DNA of 64,000 nucleotides from Thermodesulfobacteriota bacterium (GTDB lineage: Bacteria; Desulfobacterota_D; UBA1144; Nemesobacterales; JAJCZQ01). A program made the position numbers and the translations under genes. Positions 55,013 through 64,000 of this stretch are shown here, one piece after another. Position 1 is the first letter of the stretch. Each line of letters begins with the position of its first letter. The notes under the pieces were generated by a model. It ran no database searches, was not told the DNA's origin, and saw only the letters and a program-made list of their open reading frames with translations. The stretch is taken from assembly GCA_965215275.1 (NCBI GenBank), contig OZ244044.1, positions 192,001 to 256,000 on the forward strand, in the 5' to 3' direction.

Positions 55013-57343
55013 TCAGAAAACACTTCCGATAGTAAATTGTACCTCATAGGATTCTTCATCCGGTAACCTGTCCCCGATGGGAATGCCTATCTCCAGTTTC
55101 ATAGGACCAAGCGGCGATAACCATCTGAGCCCAAAACCATAATCCTTTCGCAGATCTGATGGATCAAAGGACAGCTTTTCCCCATCGTTGAAAACGTTTC
55201 CCATTTCGTAGAAGAGCACCCCTCTCAGACCAGCTGCCCTCAATATTGGAAATAAATAATCAGCAGACAACACCATTTGCTGCACGCCTCCGATTATTAT
55301 ATAATCCCCATCTTCCGTGGTCACCCTCGTTCCCACTCTTCTGAAGCCAAATCCTCTCAATATGTTCGGTCCTCCGAGAAAGAACCTCTCACTTACCACC
55401 AGGTCGTTCCCCGTGTTCTTAAGGTCCAGCAATCCATATATTCCCCGAAAAGACACATAAGTTCCATACCAGAGCGGAACCCATTGTCTGACCAGTAAAG
55501 TATATTTAATAAAATCCGTATTTCCACCGAACGGTCCTGCGTACTCGATCGTGGTGGAGGTCAGATTTCCTTTTGTCGGGTCCAGGAAATTGTTCCTGCT
55601 GTCCCATACCAGACTGAAAGAGAAACTGCTTATCGTTCTGTCGCTTTCAGTGATAATCAGTCTTGCGTCCCTGTCAACGTCCGATATTTTTACGTTCTCA
55701 AATCTGTAGGATACCCTGGGTATGAGATTTCTATAAAGAAGTTTACCGACCCCAGTGGAAACTCCCCAGGATTTTCTGTCGAAATCCCTGAATTCCCTGT
55801 CGTTATAGAACAGCGTGGAATCAAAAGTGTATTCACTGCCCCAGAAGTTCGGATCGGAGTATCGAAGGGACAGAAGCTTTGTCACGCCGCCTATTTGTGA
55901 GTTGAGGAACAGGGTCTTTCCATAACCGAATAAGTTGTTTTCCCTGACCTGACCCGAGAATATGAAGTTCTCCACTGAACTGAAACCACCTGAAACACTG
56001 AAAAAACCCGTTGGCTTCTCATTTACCTTAACGACGATATCCAGAAGATCGTCCTCCCCGGCGACCCTGTTCTGTTCCACCTGAACGTCGTTTTCAAAAA
56101 ATCCCAGGCGAGCTACCCTTGCCCTTATGAAATCAATACTGTTAGCCCTGTATAATGACTGTTCCTGCTGTATAACCTCTCTTCTTATGACCTGATCCCT
56201 TGTATGGACGTTCCCGATTATATCAATGTACCTTACGTAAACCTTGTTACCCTTTTCGACCTGGTATTTGATAGTTACCAGCAGATCTTCCCTGTCAACG
56301 GCAAACTGAGGAGCAACGTTTGCAAAGGCGAACCCCTGGTTGCCAAAATATCTTGTCAGCCTGGTTATGTCATTGGTGATCTCGGAACTGCTGAATATCT
56401 CACCGGGCTTTGATCTTGTTACCCGTTCGAGTATTTTGGGAGATTCCGAGAAATCCCCTTCGAATAAGACCTTGTCTATCCTGTACTGCGGACCTTCCTG
56501 AATGCTGAACTTTACCAGGTAGCCTTCTTCATCTTCCAGGTAGGTTATCTCGGGACTGCCTACGCTGACGTCCAGATAACCTATGTCAAGATAGGTAGCT
56601 TTTAATCTGTCCCTGTCCCTTGATATCTCATCTATATTGTACAGTCCCTTCTTCGTTAAGAACGACATAAAACCCTTGGACCGGGAGTATATCCTTTTTT
56701 CAAATACCTTATCCTCTATGTTGTCGTTCCCGACAAAAACAACTCTTTTTATATAGGCTTTCTTACCTTCCGATATATTGTATGCAAGGGTTATCTTACC
56801 ATCACCTTCGGGTTCTATATCATAGTCGATGTTCGTTCCGACAAAACCTCTTTGCTTGTAAAGGTCTTTTATGGCGTTCAGACCCAGGTCCACTTTTCTG
56901 AAATCAATGATCTCCCCTTCCGTGATCTGTATCACCTCTTCAATGGCACCATCGTTTACCTTATCGTTCCCGCTGAACCTCAGGTCAACTATCACGGGTT
57001 TCTCGTTAACTACGTAAAACACCTCTATGTTCTGTTCTTTTTTCTCTGTCTCAAGATAGACGTTCTCAAAATATCCCAGCCGGTAGACCCTCTTTATGTC
57101 CTCCCTGGCCCTTTCAAGTGAGTACAGGTCTCCAGGCTTGGTATTTATGTTAAGCTCGATCAGCTCCCTTTCGACCCTTCTGTTCCCCAAGACCGTAACG
57201 GCAGAGACGACCTGTCCCTGCATCTCACTGTGGTCTGGAGAGATCTGCTCGGCAGGAACGGAAAAGGTGTGGACCGTTAAAGATAAAAATATAAGGATCA
57301 GTAAAAGACCCGGTCTGTTCAGGTTCACAGGATTATTTAACAT
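55013..57343 (-). CDS. bamA: Outer membrane protein assembly factor BamA
   Basis: POTRA repeats, LRGF loop, SPLGP, C-terminal F. Confidence 0.96.
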   Translation of the reverse strand: MLNNPVNLNRPGLLLILIFLSLTVHTFSVPAEQISPDHSEMQGQVVSAVTVLGNRRVERELIELNINTKPGDLYSLERAREDIKRVYRLGYFENVYLETEKKEQNIEVFYVVNEKPVIVDLRFSGNDKVNDGAIEEVIQITEGEIIDFRKVDLGLNAIKDLYKQRGFVGTNIDYDIEPEGDGKITLAYNISEGKKAYIKRVVFVGNDNIEDKVFEKRIYSRSKGFMSFLTKKGLYNIDEISRDRDRLKATYLDIGYLDVSVGSPEITYLEDEEGYLVKFSIQEGPQYRIDKVLFEGDFSESPKILERVTRSKPGEIFSSSEITNDITRLTRYFGNQGFAFANVAPQFAVDREDLLVTIKYQVEKGNKVYVRYIDIIGNVHTRDQVIRREVIQQEQSLYRANSIDFIRARVARLGFFENDVQVEQNRVAGEDDLLDIVVKVNEKPTGFFSVSGGFSSVENFIFSGQVRENNLFGYGKTLFLNSQIGGVTKLLSLRYSDPNFWGSEYTFDSTLFYNDREFRDFDRKSWGVSTGVGKLLYRNLIPRVSYRFENVKISDVDRDARLIITESDRTISSFSFSLVWDSRNNFLDPTKGNLTSTTIEYAGPFGGNTDFIKYTLLVRQWVPLWYGTYVSFRGIYGLLDLKNTGNDLVVSERFFLGGPNILRGFGFRRVGTRVTTEDGDYIIIGGVQQMVLSADYLFPILRAAGLRGVLFYEMGNVFNDGEKLSFDPSDLRKDYGFGLRWLSPLGPMKLEIGIPIGDRLPDEESYEVQFTIGSVF

Positions 57344-58016
57344 CGACTATTTTCCCATCTGACAGCATTGCCCTTCTGCTCAGCCTGTCAGCTATCTCGG
57401 AGTTGTGGGTAATTATCACGAACGTAATGCCTTTTTCCTCGTTCAATCCTAAAAAGAGGTCGACTATGTTCATCCCTGTTTTCAGGTCCAGGTTACCCGC
57501 CGGTTCATCTGCAAGCACTGCCTTCGGACCCAGAACGACGGACCTTGCAATTGCAACTCTCTGCTGCTCACCACCGGACAGTTCACCTGGCTTATGGTCC
57601 AGTCTGTCCGCCAGACCGACCCTTTCCAGTGCGGCGGAGGCCATCTCCTCTGCCGCTTTGTTCTTCATTCCGTTCAGCAGACATGGTATCATGACATTCT
57701 CTAAAGCATTGAAGTCCGAAAGCAGATAGTGGAACTGAAATACGAACCCTATCTTCTCGTTCCTGATACGTGACAGGTCCTTGTCATCATACTTAAAGAC
57801 GTCTACCCCGTCGAACAGGACCCTGCCCTCCGTTGGCTTCTCTAAAGTTCCCAGTATATGCAGCAAGGTGCTTTTGCCGGACCCTGATACTCCCTGTATA
57901 CCGAACGTTTCGCCATCGCGTATATCAAGGGTTATTCCCTTTAAAGCTTCGACCTTATTTTTCTTATTTGAAAAGGTCTTGTAAATACCATCGACCTCAA
58001 ATACGTTTTTTATCAT
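57333..58016 (-). CDS. lolD: Lipoprotein-releasing ABC ATPase
   Basis: GVSGSGKS, GFVFQFHYLL, LSGGEQQR. Confidence 0.9.
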   Translation of the reverse strand: MIKNVFEVDGIYKTFSNKKNKVEALKGITLDIRDGETFGIQGVSGSGKSTLLHILGTLEKPTEGRVLFDGVDVFKYDDKDLSRIRNEKIGFVFQFHYLLSDFNALENVMIPCLLNGMKNKAAEEMASAALERVGLADRLDHKPGELSGGEQQRVAIARSVVLGPKAVLADEPAGNLDLKTGMNIVDLFLGLNEEKGITFVIITHNSEIADRLSRRAMLSDGKIVDVK

Positions 58017-59311
58017 TCATACCTCAGGACTTCAACTGGATCTTTATCGGACGCTTTATAAGAGGGATACAACGTCGCAATCAGACATATTAAAAAGCTA
58101 CATGCTGCCACCAGGATAAAATAAAAAAGACTTATTTTAACAGGAAATTCTGAAATTGGGTATATCTGATTATCAAATGGGATTAAATTCCTTATAACCT
58201 CATTTGTCTTGAGCAGATAGCAGAACAAGAAACCGAGCAGTGTACCTATGAGAGTACCGAACGCCCCTATTATCGTTCCATCGATGATAAATATCCTTCT
58301 TATCTGTTCCTTCGTCGTTCCCATGGCACGCAGGACCGCAATGTCCCTGCCTTTTTCCATTACGAGCATTATGAGGGTGCTGACTATGTTCAGTGCTGCC
58401 ACAAGTATTATCAATCCAAGGATTATAGCCAGTGCGAACCTTTCCAGTTTCAATGCCTTGAAGAGATTCCTGTTTGCGTCCTCCCAGCTCCTTGTATAAA
58501 AGGGAAAGCCCAGCGTTTCTGAAATGGACGTTGATACGTCCTTTGCCTTGAACGCATCGGTGAGCTTGACCTCGACCGTGTTCGCAGATCCCTCAAGTTC
58601 AAAGAAATCCGCTGCGTCCTTGATGTTTATATAACAGACCGAAGAATCGTACTCGATCATTCCAAAATCGAATAAACCGACCACTTCAAAGCCCTTCACC
58701 CTGGGCATAGCTCCAAAAGGCCCGATGCTGCCAACAGGTAAGAGCATGTTGACCAGGTCCCCTGAACCCACGCCCAGCACAGCAGCAAGTTCTTTGCCCA
58801 GTATAATCGGAGGTTTTTCAGAGATGGTCCCTTCACCCAGGGACAGCAGTACCTTCCTGCCAGATGACCTCAGCTCGTTCCTGCTTTCATGCTCACCGTC
58901 CCGGACCAGTGCTTTTCCGACCGCCTCTTCAATGCTTGTTACAGTGCCGGCAAGGGAAGGTTTTATCCCTTTGATCACTGCTCCTGACATGTTACCTTCG
59001 GCGGCAAGCATGGCCTGACCATATATTAACGGACTTGCACCTGTAACCTCCGGTACCTTTTTAACCTTCTTGATCACTTCGTGGTAGTCCCTGATCGCCC
59101 CATCATAGCTCATCACGGCTATATGAGAGTTCACTCCGAGTATCTTGCTTCTCAGCTCCTCTTCAAAACCGCTCATGACCGCCAGCACGACGTTCAGGGC
59201 CATTACGCCTATTATCACTCCGATTATAGAGATAACTGCGGTAACGGAGACAAATTTCTGACGTTTTCTGGAAGCAAGGAAACGCAGGGAGATAAAGAAT
59301 TCGTACAGCAT
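58013..59311 (-). CDS. lolE: Lipoprotein-releasing ABC permease LolC/E
   Basis: AVMSGFE, VMEKGRDIAVLRAMG, DPVEVLRYE. Confidence 0.92.
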   Translation of the reverse strand: MLYEFFISLRFLASRKRQKFVSVTAVISIIGVIIGVMALNVVLAVMSGFEEELRSKILGVNSHIAVMSYDGAIRDYHEVIKKVKKVPEVTGASPLIYGQAMLAAEGNMSGAVIKGIKPSLAGTVTSIEEAVGKALVRDGEHESRNELRSSGRKVLLSLGEGTISEKPPIILGKELAAVLGVGSGDLVNMLLPVGSIGPFGAMPRVKGFEVVGLFDFGMIEYDSSVCYINIKDAADFFELEGSANTVEVKLTDAFKAKDVSTSISETLGFPFYTRSWEDANRNLFKALKLERFALAIILGLIILVAALNIVSTLIMLVMEKGRDIAVLRAMGTTKEQIRRIFIIDGTIIGAFGTLIGTLLGFLFCYLLKTNEVIRNLIPFDNQIYPISEFPVKISLFYFILVAACSFLICLIATLYPSYKASDKDPVEVLRYE

Positions 59312-60780
59312 CAGGAGGGTTTTAAATGCGGAAAGAAGATCACTTCCCTTATTGAACTTGAGTTCGTCAGCAGCATGACCAGACGGTCGATCCCAATGCC
59401 GGCACCGGCAGTTGGAGGCATGCCGTGTTCAAGTGCCTCAAGAAAGTCCTCGTCAGCAGCATGGAACTCATCGTCATCAACGCCTTTATCAAGCTGGTCT
59501 TCAAATCTTTTCCTTTGATCTATCGGGTCGTTCAGTTCTGAAAAAGCGTTGGCTATCTCCCAGCCGTTCATATACAGCTCGAACCTGTCGGTTACCTCGG
59601 GATCATGGTCGTTTTTCCTTGCAAGTGGAGATACTTCCACGGGAAAAGAGTAAACAAAGGTCGGCTGGATCAGGTCTTTTCCGATCTCCTGCTCGAATAT
59701 TTCCATAATCGCCTTACCTTTAACGTTGTTGTGCTCAATGCCCAGAGCCGTTGCCTTTTTAAATATCTCATCTTCATTGTTCAGGAATTCCTGTCCGTAC
59801 TTCTCAGCTAACGACTCATACACGTTGATCCTGGTCCACGGCACACTGAGATCTATTTCCTTATCCTGATACTTTATCTTTTCCTCACCTAAGACCTTCC
59901 TGCACACGTCGTTTATCATATTTTCAATAAGTTCCATCATGCCTTCATAATCCGTGTACGCCTGATAGAGTTCTATCATTGTAAACTCCGGATTATGCCT
60001 TGTGGACACACCTTCGTTCCTGAACGTCCTGCCGATCTCATAGACCCTTTCCAGTCCCCCTATTACAAGTCTTTTCAGATACAGTTCCGGAGCGACCCTC
60101 AGGTACAGGTCCATGTTCATCGCGTTATGATGGGTAATAAAAGGCTTTGCCGTTGCACCTCCGGCGATCGTGTGAAGGATGGGCGTTTCCACTTCCATAA
60201 AACCCCTTTCGTCCAGATAGTTCCTTATCAAGCGTATTATTTTACTTCTTTTGACGAATATCTCCTTAACGTGATCGTTGGATATCAGGTCTATGTACCG
60301 CTGCCGGTAACGCAGTTCAACGTCCTGAAGCCCATGCCACTTTTCCGGTAATGGTCGTAAAGATTTCGTCAAGAACTTGAATTTACTTACGTTCAGGGTT
60401 AATTCCTTGGTCCGGGTCCGGAAAAGAACGCCATGAACACCTATAAAATCCCCAACGTCTATTTGTTTTTTAAAAAATTCCAGGTCGTCCGGACCGGCAT
60501 TACTCTCCTTAATGAATCCCTGTATCTTTCCCGTCCCGTCCTTCAGGTCGAAGAAGACGCTTTTGCCAAAATCCCGTTTTGAAACTATCCTGCCGGCAAC
60601 GACGAACTGCTCGTTTATCTGGTCCAGCTGCTCCTGGGAACTACTGCCGTAGGTTACCAGGATGTCCTTTATTGAACTTTTCGGATGAAAATCGTTCGAA
60701 AAAGGATGAACTTCCTGCTCGATCAGTCGCTGTAACTTCTCGACCCTGATCCGTTTCTGCTCACTTGATCTTTCTTTCAT
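59311..60780 (-). CDS. lysS: Lysine--tRNA ligase (class II)
   Basis: [25 protein letters not shown]. Confidence 0.98.
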   Translation of the reverse strand: MKERSSEQKRIRVEKLQRLIEQEVHPFSNDFHPKSSIKDILVTYGSSSQEQLDQINEQFVVAGRIVSKRDFGKSVFFDLKDGTGKIQGFIKESNAGPDDLEFFKKQIDVGDFIGVHGVLFRTRTKELTLNVSKFKFLTKSLRPLPEKWHGLQDVELRYRQRYIDLISNDHVKEIFVKRSKIIRLIRNYLDERGFMEVETPILHTIAGGATAKPFITHHNAMNMDLYLRVAPELYLKRLVIGGLERVYEIGRTFRNEGVSTRHNPEFTMIELYQAYTDYEGMMELIENMINDVCRKVLGEEKIKYQDKEIDLSVPWTRINVYESLAEKYGQEFLNNEDEIFKKATALGIEHNNVKGKAIMEIFEQEIGKDLIQPTFVYSFPVEVSPLARKNDHDPEVTDRFELYMNGWEIANAFSELNDPIDQRKRFEDQLDKGVDDDEFHAADEDFLEALEHGMPPTAGAGIGIDRLVMLLTNSSSIREVIFFPHLKPS

Positions 60781-61008
60781 AGACGCTCAGACGTTAAATT
60801 TTGAAACTAATAATACACACGGAGGTCTATTTAGCAACCAGTTTGGAACTCTTCCCGTGAAGATAATGCTTGCTACTTGCCTAACACCACATATTACGAA
60901 TCTTACTTGGTATTTCAGCCAGATGAATCAACTAGAATTATTTAATACCTTAATTGTGTATTGTGTTAATATATTATCAAAATAAATAAAAGGGCGGCGT
61001 TATGTATT

Positions 61009-61566
61009 ATGAAAAATGTAAATGTAGTCATTTTATTGTTTGTATCTTTAATTTTGGCGTCTTGCGTTATTCCTCCTAATGTTACTACTAATTTCATCAG
61101 AGACCGTAACATTAGTTCTATGTTTGATAGAGATAAAGCCATGAAACTTTTAGAAGACGGTAGCAATACTGTTAAAGGTAGTTCATTACTCAGACAAAGA
61201 GGTGGAGGGGTAGTTACTTGTGCCGGTAATTCTGTACTTCTTATTCCAGAGACTCCGTATGCTAGGGAAAGAATGGTAGCTCTTTATCGTAATACCGTTA
61301 AAGGTTATACGGGCTATAATTCTGACTACGGAAGGGTTGTAAGAAGAATTAGATTTAAACCAGATCTTCCAGAGTATTATAGGTTAATGAAAGAAACAAC
61401 TTGTGATGCACAGGGTTATTTTAAGTTTAACAATGTAGCAGATGGAAATTTTTTTGTAACAACATCTATTCTTTGGGAGGTAAGCGGTATTACTCAAGGA
61501 GGTATTTTAATGTATTATGTCAGAGTTTCAGGAGGGGAAACAAAAGAGATCGTCCTTGCTCATTAA
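61009..61566 (+). CDS. Hypothetical lipoprotein in an AT-rich segment
   Basis: Lipobox LAS-C; CDAQGYFKFNNVADGNFFV resembles a carboxypeptidase-regulatory/transthyretin-like beta sandwich. Confidence 0.8.
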   Translation: MKNVNVVILLFVSLILASCVIPPNVTTNFIRDRNISSMFDRDKAMKLLEDGSNTVKGSSLLRQRGGGVVTCAGNSVLLIPETPYARERMVALYRNTVKGYTGYNSDYGRVVRRIRFKPDLPEYYRLMKETTCDAQGYFKFNNVADGNFFVTTSILWEVSGITQGGILMYYVRVSGGETKEIVLAH

Positions 61567-62076
61567 GTGAGAATTTTAGGATTTATATATGTTAGTTATA
61601 AAAGTGTTATTTAAGAGAATTATATGAATAATTATTCATATCTATGTACCAAATTACTCTGTTAAAGTCCTCTTTTCCTTTTGATCTTTAATATTTTTAG
61701 TATCCATCGGAATATCATCACTACAAGATATTCCACCCGATACAAATATAATCTTGTTAAAAACATCGTCTTTATTCATTTAGCATAGTTACTCCCCAAA
61801 AAGAACCTTTGGACTCACAGTAGTAGCTAAACTAGGAGTTTCCAACTTGTATATCAATTAACTTGTGTCTGCTGGAGGAATTTGTATAGAGATTCTAGTA
61901 GGAAAATACACTATAGCAAATACCAAACAAAAGCATTAAGGAAGACCCATACTTATAAAAATACTAAATACTACAATATGTTAAGGTCAAACTTTCTTAA
62001 ACGTTAATTAGCTCTTTTTAAGAAATTAATTTATGATTGTAGGTTTATTAGAGGAAATACACAGGTAACAAATAAC

Positions 62077-62096
62077 GGGAAAAAGATCTTTTTCCC
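62077..62096. repeat. Perfect 20-bp palindrome upstream of the ABC exporter
   Basis: GGGAAAAAGATCTTTTTCCC. Confidence 0.85.
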
Positions 62097-62108
62097 AAGG
62101 TCGATCCT

Positions 62109-63836
62109 TTGTTCAATAAAGTAAGTATCATATCGCTGCTGCTGAAATACAGATACTCCTTCTTTGCAGGCATTGTATCACTATCGGTCGTGAACCTGGC
62201 TCAACTTGCAGTCCCGAAGGTCATACAGTGGATCATTGACACGCTGACAGAACCAGCAGCACCTGACCCCGATCTGATCACCAGGTACGTACTGTATATC
62301 CTTGGTCTGGGGCTTGTCATGGGACTGTTCAGGCTCGGATGGAGATACTTTATAATGGGGTCTGCAAGAAAAATAGAGAATTCCCTGAGGGATGACTTCT
62401 TTAAACACATACAGAGCCTTAATTTTAATTTCTTTTCCTCCAGAAAGGTAGGTGACCTGATGGCTCACACCGTTAACGACATTGAAACGTTAAAGTTCTC
62501 GTGCGGACTTGGCGTACTGATAGCTTACGACGGGATATTCCTTTTCTTTCTGATCTTTGCAGCTATGTTCCTCGTTTCCCCGACCCTTACCCTCTATGCA
62601 TTCATCCCTTTTATCTTTCTGGGCTTTGTTATGTACAAGTTCGGCAATCAGATCGAAAAAAGGTTTCAAAGGACGCAGGATTCGTTCTCCCTTCTCACGG
62701 AAAGTGCAAGACAGTCGGTATCAGGGATAAAAGTGGTAAAGGCCTTCAACAGAAAGAACGCCGAACTGAAGGATTTTGAAAAAGTAAGTAAGGATTACCT
62801 GGACAGAAATATACACCTTGTAAGGATCTGGGGCGTTTATCAGCCCCTTATAACCTTCATGGCGGGCAGTGCGATGGCAATATTCCTTCTGGTCGGAGGG
62901 ATCAGTACCATCAACATGGACCTTTCCCTAGGAAAGTTCACGGCAATGCTTTTCTACCTCGCGATGCTCACCTGGCCCATGATGGCAATAGGATGGTCGG
63001 TGGATATAATCAAAAAAGGGAACGCCTCCATAAACAGATTGAACGCAATACTTGAGGTCAAACCACAGAAGGAAGAGATAAAGGACCCTTACGACCGTCC
63101 GATCGGTGGAAATATAACGTTCAGGGACCTGAGCTTTTCCTACGGTCCGGATCAGCGACCCGTACTTGACAAGGTAAATCTGGATATTCCGAAAGGATGC
63201 TCTTTTGCGATCACGGGAAGGACAGGTTCAGGAAAGACCACCCTGATGAACCTGCTGATGAAGATCCACGGAACGGAGAAAGGCAGTATATTCATCGATC
63301 AGGTGGATATAACGAGAATACCGAAGAAAACCATACGGAAAGCACTCGTATATGTTCCTCAGAACACCACCGTCTTCAGCGGTTCCATAAGGAACAACAT
63401 TACTTTCATGGACCCGAGCCGGACGGAACGGGAGATCATAGAGGCAGCCAGGATGGCGGCGATCTATGATGAGATCACTGAATTCCCGCAAGGACTTGAC
63501 ACTGTCGTAGGGGAAAGGGGTCTCAGCCTGTCCGGTGGTCAGCGTCAGAGGATAGCGATCGCCCGTGCGATACTTCTGAAACCAAAAGTGCTTATACTCG
63601 ACGACGTGCTTTCGTCCCTTGATCTGTATACGGAAAGCGTGGTCTTACGGAACGTCAGAGAGGTAATGAAGAACAATACGCTTATTGTTATCTCAAGCAG
63701 GATATCTTCGGGTATAAGGGGATTTGACAGGATCGCGGTCCTTGAAAGCGGCAGTATTGCCAAGACGGGAACTCACGACCAGCTGATTGGATCGGGTGGC
63801 ATATACGCAAACATTTATAAAATACAAAACATATAA
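62109..63836 (+). CDS. Heterodimeric ABC exporter subunit (MdlA/YheI-like, degenerate ATPase site)
   Basis: TMD plus NBD; GRTGSGKT, LSGGQRQR, Walker B ILDD (E->D), H-switch replaced (ISSR). Confidence 0.92.
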   Translation: MFNKVSIISLLLKYRYSFFAGIVSLSVVNLAQLAVPKVIQWIIDTLTEPAAPDPDLITRYVLYILGLGLVMGLFRLGWRYFIMGSARKIENSLRDDFFKHIQSLNFNFFSSRKVGDLMAHTVNDIETLKFSCGLGVLIAYDGIFLFFLIFAAMFLVSPTLTLYAFIPFIFLGFVMYKFGNQIEKRFQRTQDSFSLLTESARQSVSGIKVVKAFNRKNAELKDFEKVSKDYLDRNIHLVRIWGVYQPLITFMAGSAMAIFLLVGGISTINMDLSLGKFTAMLFYLAMLTWPMMAIGWSVDIIKKGNASINRLNAILEVKPQKEEIKDPYDRPIGGNITFRDLSFSYGPDQRPVLDKVNLDIPKGCSFAITGRTGSGKTTLMNLLMKIHGTEKGSIFIDQVDITRIPKKTIRKALVYVPQNTTVFSGSIRNNITFMDPSRTEREIIEAARMAAIYDEITEFPQGLDTVVGERGLSLSGGQRQRIAIARAILLKPKVLILDDVLSSLDLYTESVVLRNVREVMKNNTLIVISSRISSGIRGFDRIAVLESGSIAKTGTHDQLIGSGGIYANIYKIQNI

Positions 63837-63851
63837 GGCAGAGTAAAAAGC

Positions 63852-64000
63852 TTGAGCATATTTCAATCTGAAGAAAAAAAGCGGACAAAGACTTACGATA
63901 TCAAGATCTTAAAATGGCTTCTGCGTTACGTAAAGCCAAAAGGTTCTCTCTTTGTCCTTTCTTTGCTCTTTATGATCTTGACTGCCTCTTTGGAGATAGC
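63852..64000 (+). CDS. Probable partner ABC exporter subunit (partial, runs off window)
   Basis: TTG-start frame MSIFQSEEKKRTKTYDIKILKWLLRYVKP.. then a TM helix, typical of MdlB-like N-termini. Confidence 0.7.
   Translation, partial: MSIFQSEEKKRTKTYDIKILKWLLRYVKPKGSLFVLSLLFMILTASLEI

Noticed and set aside
60852..62081. TTCCCGT/ACGGGAA as TIRs of a third element
   Set aside because: Only 7 bp match and there is no TSD

Overview
Bacterial chromosomal window from a diderm; gene order and protein style resemble deltaproteobacteria, but the taxon cannot be fixed from sequence alone. It is mostly core genes: aceE-aceF-lpdA, a second lpdA with lipB, rdgB, pyrG, an RNB nuclease, an SPFH protein, EF-G2, pdxH, nfo, recN, proA, cysC, ndk, mtaB, mnmA, purL-purF, valS, the tRNA-tuf-secE-nusG-rplKAJL-rpoBC cluster, lysS-lolE-lolD-bamA-skp-fabZ and an ABC exporter. 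Two things stand out. (1) Two dissimilar TnpB genes with intact catalytic motifs each sit alone in a ~1.3 kb element bounded by 24-bp terminal inverted repeats starting GGG(A/G)A(T/C)TATA and flanked by 8-bp target-site duplications. This is DDE/IS1595-like architecture, not IS200/IS605 or IS607. In both, a predicted omega-RNA fold ends exactly at the TIR tip through a GGGAA/TTCCC pseudoknot. (2) RpoB carries an in-frame 74-aa copy of the bL12 (L7/L12) C-terminal domain next to the Mfd/CarD-binding IKE strand, apparently derived from the adjacent rplL. Also seen: a frameshifted (putative phase-OFF) surface subtilase with His->Arg at the catalytic site, a decayed paralogous fragment, a lipoprotein with an ATT start, and no lpxD or lpxA in the bamA-skp-fabZ cluster. 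All alignments, folds and promoters were judged by eye.
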